63,957 nt of DNA, filler included, from Octopus bimaculoides (GCF_001194135.2; 4 parts of 3 records of this genome joined end to end with filler, not necessarily neighbours in it); one strand, 5' to 3'. Shown: positions 1 through 14,142, counted from the whole stretch's first letter. Made by a program: numbers and translations. Notes: a model not told the origin generated them from the letters alone.

Positions 1-152
1 TAATGTTGTTATATTTTCGATTATTTTTGATTGATAATATTTGATTAATAATTAGTCTTTATTGTTTATAATATCGTTAAAGATTTTTTTATTAAAACTT
101 TGTATATATATATAAAGTTTAATCTTTTATTCTTAATACTTTTTTTCTTTCC

Positions 153-213
153 TAATTTTTTCATTCATAATTTTTTCATTCATAATTTTTTCATTCATAA
201 ATTGTTCATTCAT
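153..213. repeat. 15-bp AT-rich minisatellite (TAATTTTTTCATTCA x4)
   Basis: Three exact copies and one degenerate copy, read directly. Confidence 0.85.
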
Positions 214-1069
214 ATTTTTATTTTTACGTTTGTAGAAATAAATATTCTTGTATTTTTCTATTATTCAATTGATTTTTAATGATAATTAAATAAACGTTTT
301 TAGCTTTAAATAGTATAGCTTTAACTATTACACCGGTTAAATATGTACTAATTTTATCTTCATTATTATTTAAACTTAAACTTCGTTCAAATTGTATTTA
401 AAACAAAGATAATTTAAGACAATGATAATTTATGTAAGCTGTTTTTTGTATATAATATACATGTTATTATAATACAAGAAGGGAGGATTATTGAATGGTT
501 ATTATTTTGATATTTTTAACAATTTTTCTATCTTTATATAATAATTATTTCATATTAATTCATTTGGTACTTATTGCTGGTTGAGATATATATATCTAAT
601 TATTTTTCTACTTACGATCTGACGATTAGCTATATTTTTGAATAGAATTTAATTTTCGATAATTTGAATTGATTTTAATCGATTTAAATTTCCTTTCTAT
701 TTGAAAATTAGTTATGAAACACGTGTAATCATTTTATTATATTTATCATATGATATTTACTTTGCTTTATATTATACTCATTTATTGTGCTTTTAATTGT
801 TAATTTTTCTATATGTGATAGTGGATTTTCCTCGATGGTTATTTTCCCTAAAACTATATATTTTATATATTTTTTTTATCTATNNNNNNNNNNNNNNNNN
901 NNNNNNNNNNNNNNNNNNNNNNNNNNNNNNNNNNNNNNNNNNNNNNNNNNNNNNNNNNNNNNNNNNNNNNNNNNNNNNNNNNNNNNNNNNNNNNNNNNNN
1001 NNNNNNNNNNNNNNNNNNNNNNNNNNNNNNNNNNNNNNNNTTTTACCTGTAATTTTGGATTTTGTCCCT

Positions 1070-1101
<32 letters not shown>

Positions 1102-2538
1102 TATATAGATAGATAGATAGATAGACAGGTAGATATGTATATGTATATGTAGAGAGAGATACACACACAAATATATTTGAGAGAAAACCTTTTTATGATG
1201 CTTTGTCTCATATTTATAAATGGTTATGAATACGTTAAGAGAATACTATATGGATCTTCTAAACAAAGTAGAGGTTAATTATTTTAATTTTTTAAACAAA
1301 TGTAATAATCATTATTATCATATCTGGGTTCAAATCCAGACCGCATGGAAGAAGTCCACTCGCTACACTTCTCGATCCATCATCACTGCCTCGAGGCCCT
1401 AGATATGTTTCAGGCCGGGTCGGTAGCTAGGCAGATATGTAGAAAATGTAGGGATCGTTAAACAGAAGTATCAGTCATGCAAGATATTCAGTCCCTAAAT
1501 TTGATGCTTTAACGTGTTTCACTTAGAAATTGCTATTCTAATGTTCGAAGTACTCTGCTTATTATTGGTAGAAATGCCAACGTATAATTTTGAATACAAG
1601 CTGATGATTTTGAAGCCATTATCTGCAATCAAACAATTTCACTTTCGTTCTAGAACAAGGGAGTCTAGCAACTCCATTCAGCACTTAACAATGAATGCAG
1701 ATATCCCAGAAAGCACGATACACAGAGAGATTTGCAAATAGGAATTTTCTATTTTATTAAACCAGTGGCTATGTGTCACTTTCAAAACAGTATATTTCGA
1801 ACAAGACTTTAGCAGCGCCACCTCTAGCCCAACAGTTATTCTGTGCTGAAGTAGAGAAATAACCCACAAACCGCGATACACAGATATCGTTTTGTTCTGA
1901 GTGAGGATACTAAACTGCCTTGTTCGAAAATATAAGGACACACTATGTCGAATAGCTAGATAGAGAAATTGTTTCCTTGGGGCTAAATAACAGCAACATT
2001 CGACTGCCACTTTATGTTGGTAAACACTCTTTATTCTAGAGCAGTGTTACTGAATGTCTCTCGTTGAGAGATTTAGAAATAGAAATTTTATATTTATGTG
2101 TGTGTGTATTTATATATTCATTTATTTATACATGTGCGTACGTAGGTAGGTTGGTTCATTTCTGTGTTTAATTATTTATATTTTTCATCCCAGAAAAGAG
2201 CTAGTTTCTAACAACCATACAGTTCTATTGGTTGAATGCTGATAATAGAAACGATGCCATATTTTAAATTTAAGAAAAATATTGTATATTTTTTACAATT
2301 CCTATTACAAACTGTAATGTAAAGTGCCAGCTAATTTGTTGTTTTCTTTTTGCTAAAATGCATAACTTATCCTTATTGTCACACTTAGACATTTAATCAG
2401 GAAATCAAGTGCACCAATTATTATTGTTATAAATGTGAATTTACAGTTTGGATATAGAAGCTGAATGTGTTGGACTAGCTGTCTATAATTATTCTCCTTC
2501 TCTTTGATTTTAAATGTATATTCACATGAACAGGGCAG

Positions 2539-2762
2539 CTGACCTCTCGTACGGGATATAATTGTTTGTCTGTCCTAAACAAAGATATCCGGCCTGATAT
2601 ATTTTCACTTGACAGATATTTTGATAGGTAAGACTGTGAATCACCCGTCTGACCTCTCGTACGGGATATAATTTTTTGTCTGTCCTAAACAAAGATATCC
2701 GGCCTGATATATTTACACTTGACAGATATTTTGATAGGTAAGACTGTGAATCACCCGTCTGA
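2539..2762. repeat. 110-bp direct tandem duplication (2 copies) inside the RTE relic
   Basis: CTGACCTCTCGTACGGG... starts at 2539 and again at 2649, and the copies are near-identical. Confidence 0.95.
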
Positions 2763-3122
2763 TATTCAAACAAGGTGGACTGGACACCCGACTTTAACTC
2801 TCCTCAGCTGTGTGCAAATGCTTGACAGATCTCTTCGAGAGAAAACATCCGAGTCTAGGACCTTGTCTTCCCAGGTAATTCTCAAAAGCTTTCTCACACA
2901 GCTCATGTGGAAGCGATGTAGCTTCTTACCGTGGCGTTCGTAAATAGTCCGTGTATCGTATGCGAGCAGTTACATAGTCAGCACTGCTCATTGCTACACC
3001 TTCAACTTCGTGGCCAGCATAATGCTTTACCTCCCCTACACTGATTCACGTAGCTGGCCGAATGCGGCGATGCTTGTGTTAACTCCTTCGTCAATGTTCA
3101 GAGATGTGGGGATCATGTACAG

Positions 3123-3382
3123 TAAATTCACTGTCATCAATTCACCGCAGGGAAAGTTCACTTTCAGAAATTCACCATTTTCTTTTCAATAAAATAGTTT
3201 TAACCATTCGTGGTGAAATAATATGGATATATATTCTCGGTGAACTTACCTCATGGTGAACACTCCTGAAGGTGAACGTGCTTCACGGTGATTTTATGGC
3301 GGGGAACTGTACCTTCGGTGAATTGATGGCGGTGAACTTACCTGTGATCGTGGTGAATTTGCTGACGGAGTAGGTGAATTTA
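3123..3382. mobile_element. Foldback MITE-like element with 15-16 bp periodic GGTGAA/TTCACC subterminal repeats (MULE-like)
   Basis: TTCAC motifs on the left arm face about 9 GGTGAA-like motifs on the right arm. Confidence 0.6.
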
Positions 3383-4120
3383 TCAACAACCTTTTGGTGG
3401 TTCAACTTACAGATTCTGCGGGGTAGGCTCGTGTAGGATCTTTGTTTCTGATGACAAAGTTGTTGCAGGCAGTGGAAAAAGTACTTCATGCTCTGTTTCA
3501 AGACGAACCGCACTGTGTCGTTTTACATCTTGGACATTGACTGTAGACCCTGCAGATTTAAAATACTGCCATCAGACCGAAATCTTCTCTTCCCTTGGAT
3601 ATAATCACACACTGTATGCTACTATCATACTGTTGCATACAGTACTCTATGACCCACATAGCTGAAGCTTTTTGGCATATATTTCTTTTTATTATGAGCC
3701 TGCTATATGTAAAATTTAGAAGACATTCACGGATCAATAATGCCAACTTTTTGTCGAATTAGAACATGGGTTGATGTCATGGCGCTGTGTTATATAGATA
3801 CACACAACATACCTAATAACATACACATCTATTCATATAAGAACTCCCAGTCTTAAGGATGCATATATACATATATATGTATGTATATATGTATATATTC
3901 ATGTATTTATATGCATGTGCAAAGGCACACACGCATACATACATACCTACACACACATACATACGTACATATNNNNNNNNNNNNNNNNNNNNNNNNNNNN
4001 NNNNNNNNNNNNNNNNNNNNNNNNNNNNNNNNNNNNNNNNNNNNNNNNNNNNNNNNNNNNNNNNNNNNNNNNNNNNNNNNNNNNNNNNNNNNNNNNNNNN
4101 NNNNNNNNNNNNNNNNNNNN

Positions 4121-4155
<35 letters not shown>

Positions 4156-5023
4156 AACGAACACATGTTCGTATATAGAGAGAGCGAAGGTGGGAGGGTG
4201 ATAGAGAAAGAAATGGACAGATTAATCGAGTGTATCTCGTTGGAGAAAATATCATTGCACTATCGATTTTGTCAACTTGGTTCTCACCATACTGAACTCA
4301 GAAATAATTAGGTGTAATTAGATTGATTCAATTGTAATTAAGTTGAATTTCTATAGAAATTAGATAAGTCATGTTGGAAACCTATTCTGTGCATTAATTT
4401 CAGATGTTCTCCTAAATTGACAGGTGCTCTTTATTCGTCTTATTCTTCTGAACATTTGTTTTCGGAAAATGAAATTTATGATTGGATTAATGCATGTCAC
4501 AGCATGACACCATGATTTCTAATTAACCATTGAATTTTTAAAGGATTAAACTGCCATATTATATTTATGTCTTTTTTACAGATAATACCGGAAATTTAGT
4601 TTGAATTTGAATATAGTGGAGACAGATTTTGATTTAATAATATTAGCAGCTATTTATAATGTTCTCGCTTTCATACTTTAATTATTACAAACGTTATTAT
4701 GTAACAATTTCTTGTAGATTCTCAATTGAAAAAATATCAATAAGTCATAAACTATTGAGACAATAATCATTATCACGTGTGATTCCAATTGAATGAAGTA
4801 TAAACCATCATGAAGAAATTTATGAAAGAAAAGTATAACAACAAACGTACTTTTAATATTTGGAGTTAATTCTGAAACACTATCAACATTTCAATTGTAA
4901 TATTAATGAAATTAATCAAGTATTATTATAAGAATGCTTACATATATTTATATAAGGTCGAATTGTGTATTTATCATTATTATTGTTGTTGTTATTATCA
5001 TTCTTACTATTCTTCTTCTTCTT

Positions 5024-5045
5024 CCTATCTTATTATTATTATTAA

Positions 5046-5108
<63 letters not shown>

Positions 5109-5131
5109 CATCATCATCATCATCATCATCA

Positions 5132-5163
<32 letters not shown>

Positions 5164-5170
5164 ATCAAGA
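5024..5170. repeat. Compound trinucleotide microsatellite (ATT)n-(ATC)n-(GTC/TCC)n
   Basis: Direct reading. It explains the poly-I/L/S ORFs at 4906 and 4934. Confidence 0.95.
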
Positions 5171-6952
5171 TCGTCAGTTTACTATTGTTGTAGTTGTTGT
5201 TGCCGTTCTACTTACCCTCCTTTTTTTTCTTTTACATCTTATTTCTCATAAAAGTAATCTATAAAATAATAGAATTATAATTATTACCTCAATAATATTA
5301 GAATAATAAGCAATACTATAATAATGATAACATTACTATTATTATTGTTAGTTATATTAATGTGAATGTTGATGAAGGTGTTTATTTTCTAACTTCCGTG
5401 TGCATCTCTCCCTATTTCTTATTAAAATATTCATCAAATCCCATGTTACTCATTGATATTCCCAATAAGATTACATAATACAATTGTATGTGAGTACAAG
5501 AACTGCATTGTTGATAACACTGCATTTCTTGAAATATAGAAATAAATACACGCACAGAAATACAAAGTTAGAAAGATATGCTCATACGTATGGGTATATA
5601 TTTCTAACGTTTATCTACTTTATTTCCCCATTTACCTTCCTTTCTATCTAATTCTTCTTCTACGCCTGTCACTTCAATCAAAATTTACACAATATGAAAA
5701 TGTAATATGAATAATAGATCTGCTTCAAAGCAATGATATTTCATGGAAAATTTCCAAGTAGCTCCGAATCATCAACAATAAGGAGCATTTTTGTATAATC
5801 ATTTTCATATAATAGAGCAGTTGTAAGGATGTGGATATTTCCAATTTCAATGAAAGTTTCGTTCACAATTGAGGAGTTAGTTCCTATTTAAATTAAATTT
5901 CATTGTTAGTTAACCAGCGATTGATCTCCGAAAGCAGGTTTACATTTTTATAGAAAGCTAGACAATCCAATGAAAAGTTTAGTCACCTGTGAACGATTAT
6001 GTATATCTCTCTCTCTTTTGCTTTCTCTTTCTCTTTCTCTTTCTCTTTCTCTCTCACTTTCTCTCTCTATCTCTCTATTTAATCCTTTTCATATTTATAT
6101 ATAAGTATATACCCATACACACATTCATTTTGGACACGAAACCACATTACATCATTGAGGCCACATTACAAGTATGATACATGAAAGGGATACTTTTACG
6201 ACTGTATATTCTTCACACTAACACGAAGAGAATTTCGAGATCGTTTTGGAACTGAAAACAGGCGAAATGGATTTAATTTTATTTCTACTAAAACAAATGT
6301 GGATATCATTTCGTTTGAAAGGTAATTTAAAGTTTAGAAAAGTTGAATAAGGATTCTCTTTTCTAATGTTCCTCACGTTTTGACTCTATCATAACATAGC
6401 AATGATATATTTATAGTCAGGCATACGTTAATATATAATCGAATATGTAGGTTCCAGCTTCATAATAACAAATTTATTTAGATAAGAAATAAGAAAATAA
6501 AATCATTACTTCTACAAAAATATACCATATCCAACGAAACATAAAGAGAAAAGATAATGTTAAAAGGCATATTTCATGTGAAACGTGCCTCAAATATGTA
6601 ATAACTTCTAACATAATGCAATATATGTAATGGATTCCAAAAATGGTTCCGAAACAAAATCGCAGAGACAATCTTCTTGTTAAATACTATTTAACGAAAA
6701 TCTATGCATCATTCATCTGAACGCAGTATATACGTTAAATACGATAGATAAATGGGTATTTTAATTTAATTCACTTTCAGTTACCTACACTGATTATAGC
6801 TCCCATCCTCTCTAAATCTTCATGTATTTATCTGTCTGTCGGTCTATCTTTCCTTAAATCTATCTAACTATATCTATCAATGTTTGTGAGTGCATGGGAG
6901 ATTGTGTAATCATNNNNNNNNNNNNNNNNNNNNNNNNNNNNNNNNNNNNNNN

Positions 6953-6993
<41 letters not shown>

Positions 6994-7019
6994 CCATGTG
7001 TGTGTGTGTGCACTGTATT

Positions 7020-7320
7020 CGTGTACAAGCAAGAGATTTCACTGTGGAAGTAAACACAGGTGAACATTATACTCGTCCACAGCATTGTGTGAAAATATGT
7101 TTGGTTGTGAGTGGCATTATAGAATCGAGGGGTGCAGGCGTCATTAGCCACGTGTTAAATATCACTGTACATATATGGATTTTATTCAACGCGCCATTCC
7201 AGCTCGCCCTGTTACAAGTCTCAAAGTAGTTGGAATTGATCGCTCTACTACATGCCTCTCCCACGGCCATCTCTAAGTTGTTTGCACACGAGTTGCAAGT
7301 AGTAACATTTTATTCATTGG
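7020..7320 (+). pseudogene. Helitron RepHel (PIF1-like helicase) C-terminal relic
   Basis: A + frame reads DFIQRAIPARPVTSLKVVGIDRSTTCLSHGHL*VVCTRVASSNIL. This resembles the helicase motif FKRxQFPVRL...TLKVVGIDLxxPCFSHGQLYVACSRV, and it contains stops. Confidence 0.6.
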
Positions 7321-8812
7321 GACATCAACAAAAAATTACAAACTGCGTATTGTTTAACCTGACGTGCTTCAAGATTTAAAAATGTTGAGTTCTAAATTAT
7401 ATTAGCATTACAATTTGGATTTTTAAAAATAAAATACAAATGCATATGAGAAAAAAATAGTCCTTCATACTTATTGTTTCCTAATCTGTATAAGAANNNN
7501 NNNNNNNNNNNNNNNNNNNNNNNNNNNNNNNNNNNNNNNNNNNNNNNNNNNNNNNNNNNNNNNNNNNNNNNNNNNNNNNNNNNNNNNNNNNNNNNNNNNN
7601 NNNNNNNNNNNNNNNNNNNNNNNNNNNNNNNNNNNNNNNNNNNNNNNNNNNNNNNNNNNNNNNNNNNNNNNNNNNNNNNNNNNNNNATATATATGGTATA
7701 ACAAGTATGACAACTGTTAGTAGGGTCTCCGAATTGTGTAATAGTTTTAATGTTGATGGACGGAAGATGCGAAAATAAAAGAATGTGCAACCAGTAGTGG
7801 ATCCACATATAGATTACTATAAGTTGCGCCCCCCGTCAGTGTAGTGGAGGGATACATATCTCTCGAACTCTTATCCTGTCAGTGTTTGGGGCGAATTGTA
7901 TATTGCCTTTCAATTAGATATTTTCTAAACGTATAGCGAAGTACTAATCCTTAGGCCTGGTGAGTAGTAGACAATATTGCGGGGATTTTTTTTAAATAGT
8001 TTCAAATACGATTTAAATTTTAAAATGTATACACCTAACTACATTACTGGTATGGTCAAACAGTAAAAATTCGAATATTCTAATATGCTATTTATTAACA
8101 TTTCTAATACCTCATTGAAGGAACATCAATTCGTTGTGGATACTACTGCATGCATTCTTTTTCCTCGTGCAATTTTATCCTATCAATATTAAACTCTACT
8201 TGCTTGTTAACTATGGTAAAACTGAATATCTTCTCCTCCTCCTCTTCAGTTATTGTTCCGATGACTCCATTATACCGCCATATGTGGCTGTGCTCTTGTC
8301 CTTAATATACTATTTTACTTAATACCTTTGAAGGTTGTTTCTCTATTGCATTACTTAACTAAAATTTGCTGTTTGCCTAATTTTGTGGATGGAAATTTAC
8401 TACAGTGGAAGTAATGAAGTGGCATCTAAAATATCTTAGATTTACTAATATTTAAAACTAACCCTTGAATAACTCTCTAATTTTAATTCTTTATTTAAAT
8501 TTACCAGAAGCCTATAAGCTATTATCTCTATAGCAGTTTGGCATTAACAAATGGTAAGTCGTATCGGCTAAATGCAAAATTCTCAACATCTTATAGTAAT
8601 ACGAAAGCAATGGTAGTACTGCTTTCTTAATGAAAATATTTTGTCATTAGGCGTTGATTACCATACAGCTGTCAAAATCATTCGGCTTTTGCTATACCTA
8701 TATTACGAAAATTAGAGTAACTTTATGGAAAAATATTTCTTAAAGACAGGTGATAATCAATTGTACGTATATGTGTTGCTTATTATTTTGATTTCTTCAG
8801 AATCATAAACAG

Positions 8813-8995
8813 GGTGGGCGAGTCTTAGTGCCAATTCAGAAGTCTTTACGTTCTGAGTTCAAATTCCCGAAGGCCAAAATTCTTTCATTCTTTCGGGATC
8901 GATGGAATTAGTACTAGCTGAGCACCGGGGTCGATGTCATCTAGGTACCTTCCCTAGAATTTCAGATGTTGTGCCTATATTTGAAAGAAGTATTT
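8813..8995 (+). mobile_element. Degenerate tRNA-derived SINE, family A
   Basis: B-box GAGTTCAAATTCC and a decayed TTTCATTCTTTCGGGATCGAT core. Confidence 0.65.
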
Positions 8996-9936
8996 AGACT
9001 TATAAAACAGCTTATAATAATAGTACTACAATCTCATAGAGAAATCAGTGATATACGCAGAAATGTGTTCATAGATTACTAATGTACGACTCTGTGGTGA
9101 AAGAATTAATCCTGTGGCGGGAAAACCCACGTTACTTTTGTACTTTCTAAAAGTATAAATTATGTTTCTCTTGATGCTAAGGAGGAAATTGACTTCTGTT
9201 TTAAAATTTCATCTGGTTTGTTTACAGCCTGACATGTAGAGTTCGGCGACAGAAGAATTACAAGGCAGCACTTATACTACTCTCCCATTTCTTCCCACGG
9301 GAGAAACATATTCCCAAAGTATTAGCAAGGAAGAAGTGCAAATTATGACCTTTCTTTACAATGAATATTTGCAAATTTTTATTATGATATCTTACGAAAA
9401 TATAACACAGACGATATTTTTCATGCGATATCCCCAAAAGAATAAAAATGAGTGTTAAAAATATTAAACAATAAAATTCATGACAGTAGCAAAATTGATA
9501 ATATAAATTACATATTACATTTTTACTAATAGGATTTATTTCTGAATTAACAAATCTATACATATATTCTTATTCACATATATCTGCTGTACATGAGTTT
9601 GTGAGAGTATGTGTGTGTGTGAATGTGTGTGTTTGTGAGTGTGTGTGTGTGTGAGTGTGCGTGTGTATGTTTGTGGTGTAACTCTGACTTTCTCGTTGCT
9701 CACACACTTTACCATGTAGACAGTGATCTGCACATTTCCGAACTGAATATCCGATACATCAATCTTACATCTCGCAAAGGGGCATGCAAATGTCATGCGC
9801 ATTACGCCTCCTAACTGCATTCCTCACAAGAGAATGGAGAGAACAAAATTTAATGTTGGTACAAAGTCAGACAAATAAGGCGCATATTAACAATAATACA
9901 AAATTAACACAAACTGGCTTTTTCCTCATATATATA

Positions 9937-9970
9937 TACTAGCTGAAGTACCCGATAATTCTCGGGTAAG
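9937..9970 (-). mobile_element. Probable Helitron 3' terminus
   Basis: ACTAG followed by an ACCCG..CGGGT hairpin. This mirrors the end at 40749-40777. Confidence 0.45.
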
Positions 9971-12084
9971 CGGGTCTCATCCCTTGCTTACGTTCTTATA
10001 ATTGGTTGGCTAATCCAATAATAATAATACAAAGTATGTAGCCCTTAAAACGGCTTTTGTGCATTTACACGATCTTTACAGGATCTTGCCCATTAAGTTA
10101 TGAATACCAAAATTGCGAAGTCAATTTTGTAATAACATGAGTTTAGTTATCCGATAGTAAGAATTCAAATAAATTAGTCACGTACAGGGCTTTAATGCGT
10201 TCCCAGAGTATATAGAACATAGGAGGAAATACTAATAAGATATATATACTAAAAGCGTGAAGCGTGTTACGTAATAACAGGCTAAACAATTATGAGATAT
10301 AACGATTCAAATTAAATAACTCTGAAATGCGCTTTTGTGCGTTTCCAGAGAATATTAACCTCAGAGACGCTAGTGTTGAACAAGTCAGTAACCAAAGTAA
10401 GTGGTCCTATTGTTTAGGAAAGTACAATTTACTTGTTTGAGGGTTGTACTGAATAAATTGCTGAAATACCCCTAACAGTTCAAATACTAAGAAATAACCA
10501 TACTCAGTTTACTTGTTACTAAATAATGTACGGAAATGTATGGGTTATTTCCCTTGGCTCTATATAAGTATCCCTTCCAAGGGCGAATGGCTTATTTCCC
10601 TTGAATGTTAAAATAAAATATATTGGATATATNNNNNNNNNNNNNNNNNNNNNNNNNNNNNNNNNNNNNNNNNNNNNNNNNNNNNNNNNNNNNNNNNNNN
10701 NNNNNNNNNNNNNNNNNNNNNNNNNNNNNNNNNNNNNNNNNNNNNNNNNNNNNNNNNNNNNNNNNNNNNNNNNNNNNNNNNNNNNNNNNNNNNNNNNNNN
10801 NNNNNNNNNNNNNNNNNNNNNNNNNNNNNNNNNNNNNNNNNNNNNNNNNNNNNNNNNNNNNNNNNNNNNNNNNNNNNNNNNNNNNNNNNNNNNNNNNNNN
10901 NNNNNNNNNNNNNNNNNNNNNNNNNNNNNNNNNNNNNNNNNNNNNNNNNNNNNNNNNNNNNNNNNNNNNNNNNNNNNNNNNNNNNNNNNNNNNNNNNNNN
11001 NNNNNNNNNNNNNNNNNNNNNNNNNNNNNNNNNNNNNNNNNNNNNNNNNNNNNNNNNNNNNNNNNNNNNNNNNNNNNNNNNNNNNNNNNNNNNNNNNNNN
11101 NNNNNNNNNNNNNNNNNNNNNNNNNNNNNNNNNNNNNNNNNNNNNNNNNNNNNNNNNNNNNNNNNNNNNNNNNNNNNNNNNNNNNNNNNNNNNNNNNNNN
11201 NNNNNNNNNNNNNNNNNNNNNNNNNNNNNNNNNNNNNNNNNNNNNNNNNNNNNNNNNNNNNNNNNNNNNNNNNNNNNNNNNNNNNNNNNNNNNNNNNNNN
11301 NNNNNNNNNNNNNNNNNNNNNNNNNNNNNNNNNNNNNNNNNNNNNNNNNNNNNNNNNNNNNNNNNNNNNNNNNNNNNNNNNNNNNNNNNNNNNNNNNNNN
11401 NNNNNNNNNNNNNNNNNNNNNNNNNNNNNNNNNNNNNNNNNNNNNNNNNNNNNNNNNNNNNNNNNNNNNNNNNNNNNNNNNNNNNNNNNNNNNNNNNNNN
11501 NNNNNNNNNNNNNNNNNNNNNNNNNNNNNNNNNNNNNNNNNNNNNNNNNNNNNNNNNNNNNNNNNNNNNNNNNNNNNNNNNNNNNNNNNNNNNNNNNNNN
11601 NNNNNNNNNNNNNNNNNNNNNNNNNNNNNNATATATATATTCCCAATAGAATATAAGGATAAACATCACGTTAATGGTTTCTATCATGTAGTGAGCGTGC
11701 TATAAACATTTGTAGGCAATTTATACATGAAATAAATACTAATATATATATGTGTATAATTACATTAAGGGATAAGTGCCAATACCTTAAAAAAACTAAC
11801 AAAATCTCCAAATAAATATACACATAGTTGAAAGCAGGCTTGTGAAAGAAAATTAAAAAGACCTCACGTTAATTGTGAATTGGTTTCAGTTACTTCCTCC
11901 GTTAGCACAATATACGTGGAAATGTAAGTCCATATTACTGTACATACCATCCAAAGCAGATACACACGTCTGGAGCTTTTGGTAGGTTGTGTAAGGTATC
12001 GGCACTTCAAGCATGCGGGAGACAGGTCGTTTTCGCCCTGGGTCCCTTAATATAATTATACACTTATGTATATTATCATTAATT

Positions 12085-12132
<48 letters not shown>

Positions 12133-12641
12133 NNNNNNNNNNNNNNNNNNNNNNNNNNNNNNNNNNNNNNNNNNNNNNNNNNNNNNNNNNNNNNNNNNNN
12201 NNNNNNNNNNNNNNNNNNNNNNNNNNNNNNNNNNNNNNNNNNNNNNNNNNNNNNNNNNNNNNNNNNNNNNNNNNNNNNNNNNNNNNNNNNNNNNNNNNNN
12301 NNNNNNNNNNNNNNNNNNNNNNNNNNNNNNNNNNNNNNNNNNNNNNNNNNNNNNNNNNNNNNNNNNNNNNNNNNNNNNNNNNNNNNNNNNNNNNNNNNNN
12401 NNNNNNNNNNNNNNNNNNNNNNNNNNNNNNNNNNNNNNNNNNNNNNNNNNNNNNNNNNNNNNNNNNNNNNNNNNNNNNNNNNNNNNNNNNNNNNNNNNNN
12501 NNNNNNNNNNNNNNNNNNNNNNNNNNNNNNNNNNNNNNNNNNNNNNNNNNNNNNNNNNNNNNNNNNNNNNNNNNNNNNNNNNNNNNNNNNNNNNNNNNNN
12601 NNNNNNNNNNNNNNNNNNNNNNNNNNNNNNNNNNNNNNNNN

Positions 12642-13280
12642 CTTCAAATTGGTACTCGAAAATCTCTCCTCACACTTAATCACATAAATAAGTTTCCAAA
12701 TATTTGGATGGCTCATATTCACTGTATTTTCCAGCGCGTTGTGCTAGGCTTCTAAATTATTTAAAGTATAGGTAATGAAAATGGAGGTTCAGTGCGTTGC
12801 CTCATCTGTCCTCTTTCTCTAGATGGTCGTATATAAATATTTTCAAAATAGTATACGACTGTGGAATATCTTCACCATCAACAATTTGTTCATATCAATC
12901 TACAACATCACCAACCTGCAGGAAGGCAAGGGCAACAAAACACCGTATTGTTAGACAAAAATGTCATCTTCGTGATATCTGCCTTTTAGACCTTCTTACA
13001 CATCATCCTTGTTCACATTTTGTCCTAAATGAAACAAACAGCATACCAAATGCGACCAGGGAAACTGTTCCAGGAATCCGTTGTGGGCAAATTTTTCAAA
13101 ATCCATAATTATATTGTCAGGTGCCTCATTCTGCAGTAATACATTTATTTTGGCAAAAAGTATACTATATGTTTCTTGAGAGCAATGCGAAAACTCGTGG
13201 GCATCAAGATTATCAATTTTAATGTGAAGTATATATAACTGAAAAGTGTACTGGATCAGTACTTAAATGTTCCATCTGCC
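12642..13280 (-). pseudogene. Mutator/MULE transposase relic
   Basis: Minus strand gives DGTFK, QLYILH, PRVFALL, PDNIIMDFEKFAHNGFLEQFPWSHLVCCLFHLGQNV (CxFH motif) and NMSHPNIWKLIYVIKCEE, with stops and frameshifts. Confidence 0.85.
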
Positions 13281-13979
13281 GCCCAGTTCTGGTGCTGCTT
13301 TAACTGTCAAAGTGCTTCGTCACTTGCAAATATTGGTATTCGTTTTCAATCTTCCATCCCGCTGCCATGCTGTAAAAACGTGTCATTGTTATGAAGGTAG
13401 GAGTATTCACTTGCAATGGTAAATCCAACATTTGTAAGAGGGGCGGCAAGATAGTTAGAATCAGCTTGCTTCCAACATCTAATATTCCCTTTAAGCTCTG
13501 AATATTTGTGACAACGGGCATTCATTTAAATTCTGAAATTCACTAGCGATAATTGAACGAGAGGAATTACTTTAATATTTGAGACTATTATCCTTGCATT
13601 TACTTCTGCAGCAGTCGAAGCGTGTTTATGGATCTTTATAATTTTCATCTGTATGAAGTTTCGCCAGGTACACACGTTTTCACACCTCTAGTATATCTTC
13701 AATCCATCTGCATTCTGCTTATTTTTGTGTATATATAATTTTCTTGATCGACAACTACTCATGCCGGTGAGTAGGCGTATTGAATAAATTTAATTGGATT
13801 TGTTTGAAACTATTTATTCGTAAATTCTTCAGCGCAGATACTTGAGAGAGAGAAAGAGCGAGAGATGTAGGGATAAAAGAAAGGAATAATAATATCTAAA
13901 ACTGTCCAATGACAAGTTTAATTCTAAAGCGATTGTTTTAACCTTTCCCTAAAAAATCACATTTAATAGTATTTTGGAA

Positions 13980-14075
13980 CGAATTGGCCAGCGACGAATT
14001 GACTTCGGGATGAATTGATCAACGATGGCTGGGGACAAATTCACCGACGACAAATAACCATGGACGAAATGTTCT
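13980..14075. repeat. Periodic GAATT(G)/AATTC subterminal-repeat tract, MULE TIR-like
   Basis: Approximately 15-bp spacing of GAATTG motifs followed by an inverted AATTCACC. Confidence 0.4.
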
Positions 14076-14142
14076 ACTACCAACTCATTGCAAGACATAG
14101 GGGAAAAAATACCCAAAGAAAGTTTAAAACCATTGTTTCAAT

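Larger units (their letters stand above)
2525..3700 (-). mobile_element. Decayed RTE/BovB-like LINE, RT C-terminal part, interrupted by a MITE at about 3123-3382
   Basis: Minus-strand translation across frameshifts gives RRFRSDGSILNLQGLQSMSKM, FSTACNNF, AAFGQLRESV..LATKLKV and RHGKKLHRFHMSCVRKLLRITWEDKV. These match the RTE-clade RT C-terminus. Confidence 0.8.

Noticed and set aside
2609-2745. Duplicated 12-nt microexon-like unit cacttgacag|ATATTTTGATAG|gtaaga
   Set aside because: It lies in the antisense of a decayed RTE LINE within the 110-bp duplication, with no host gene evident.
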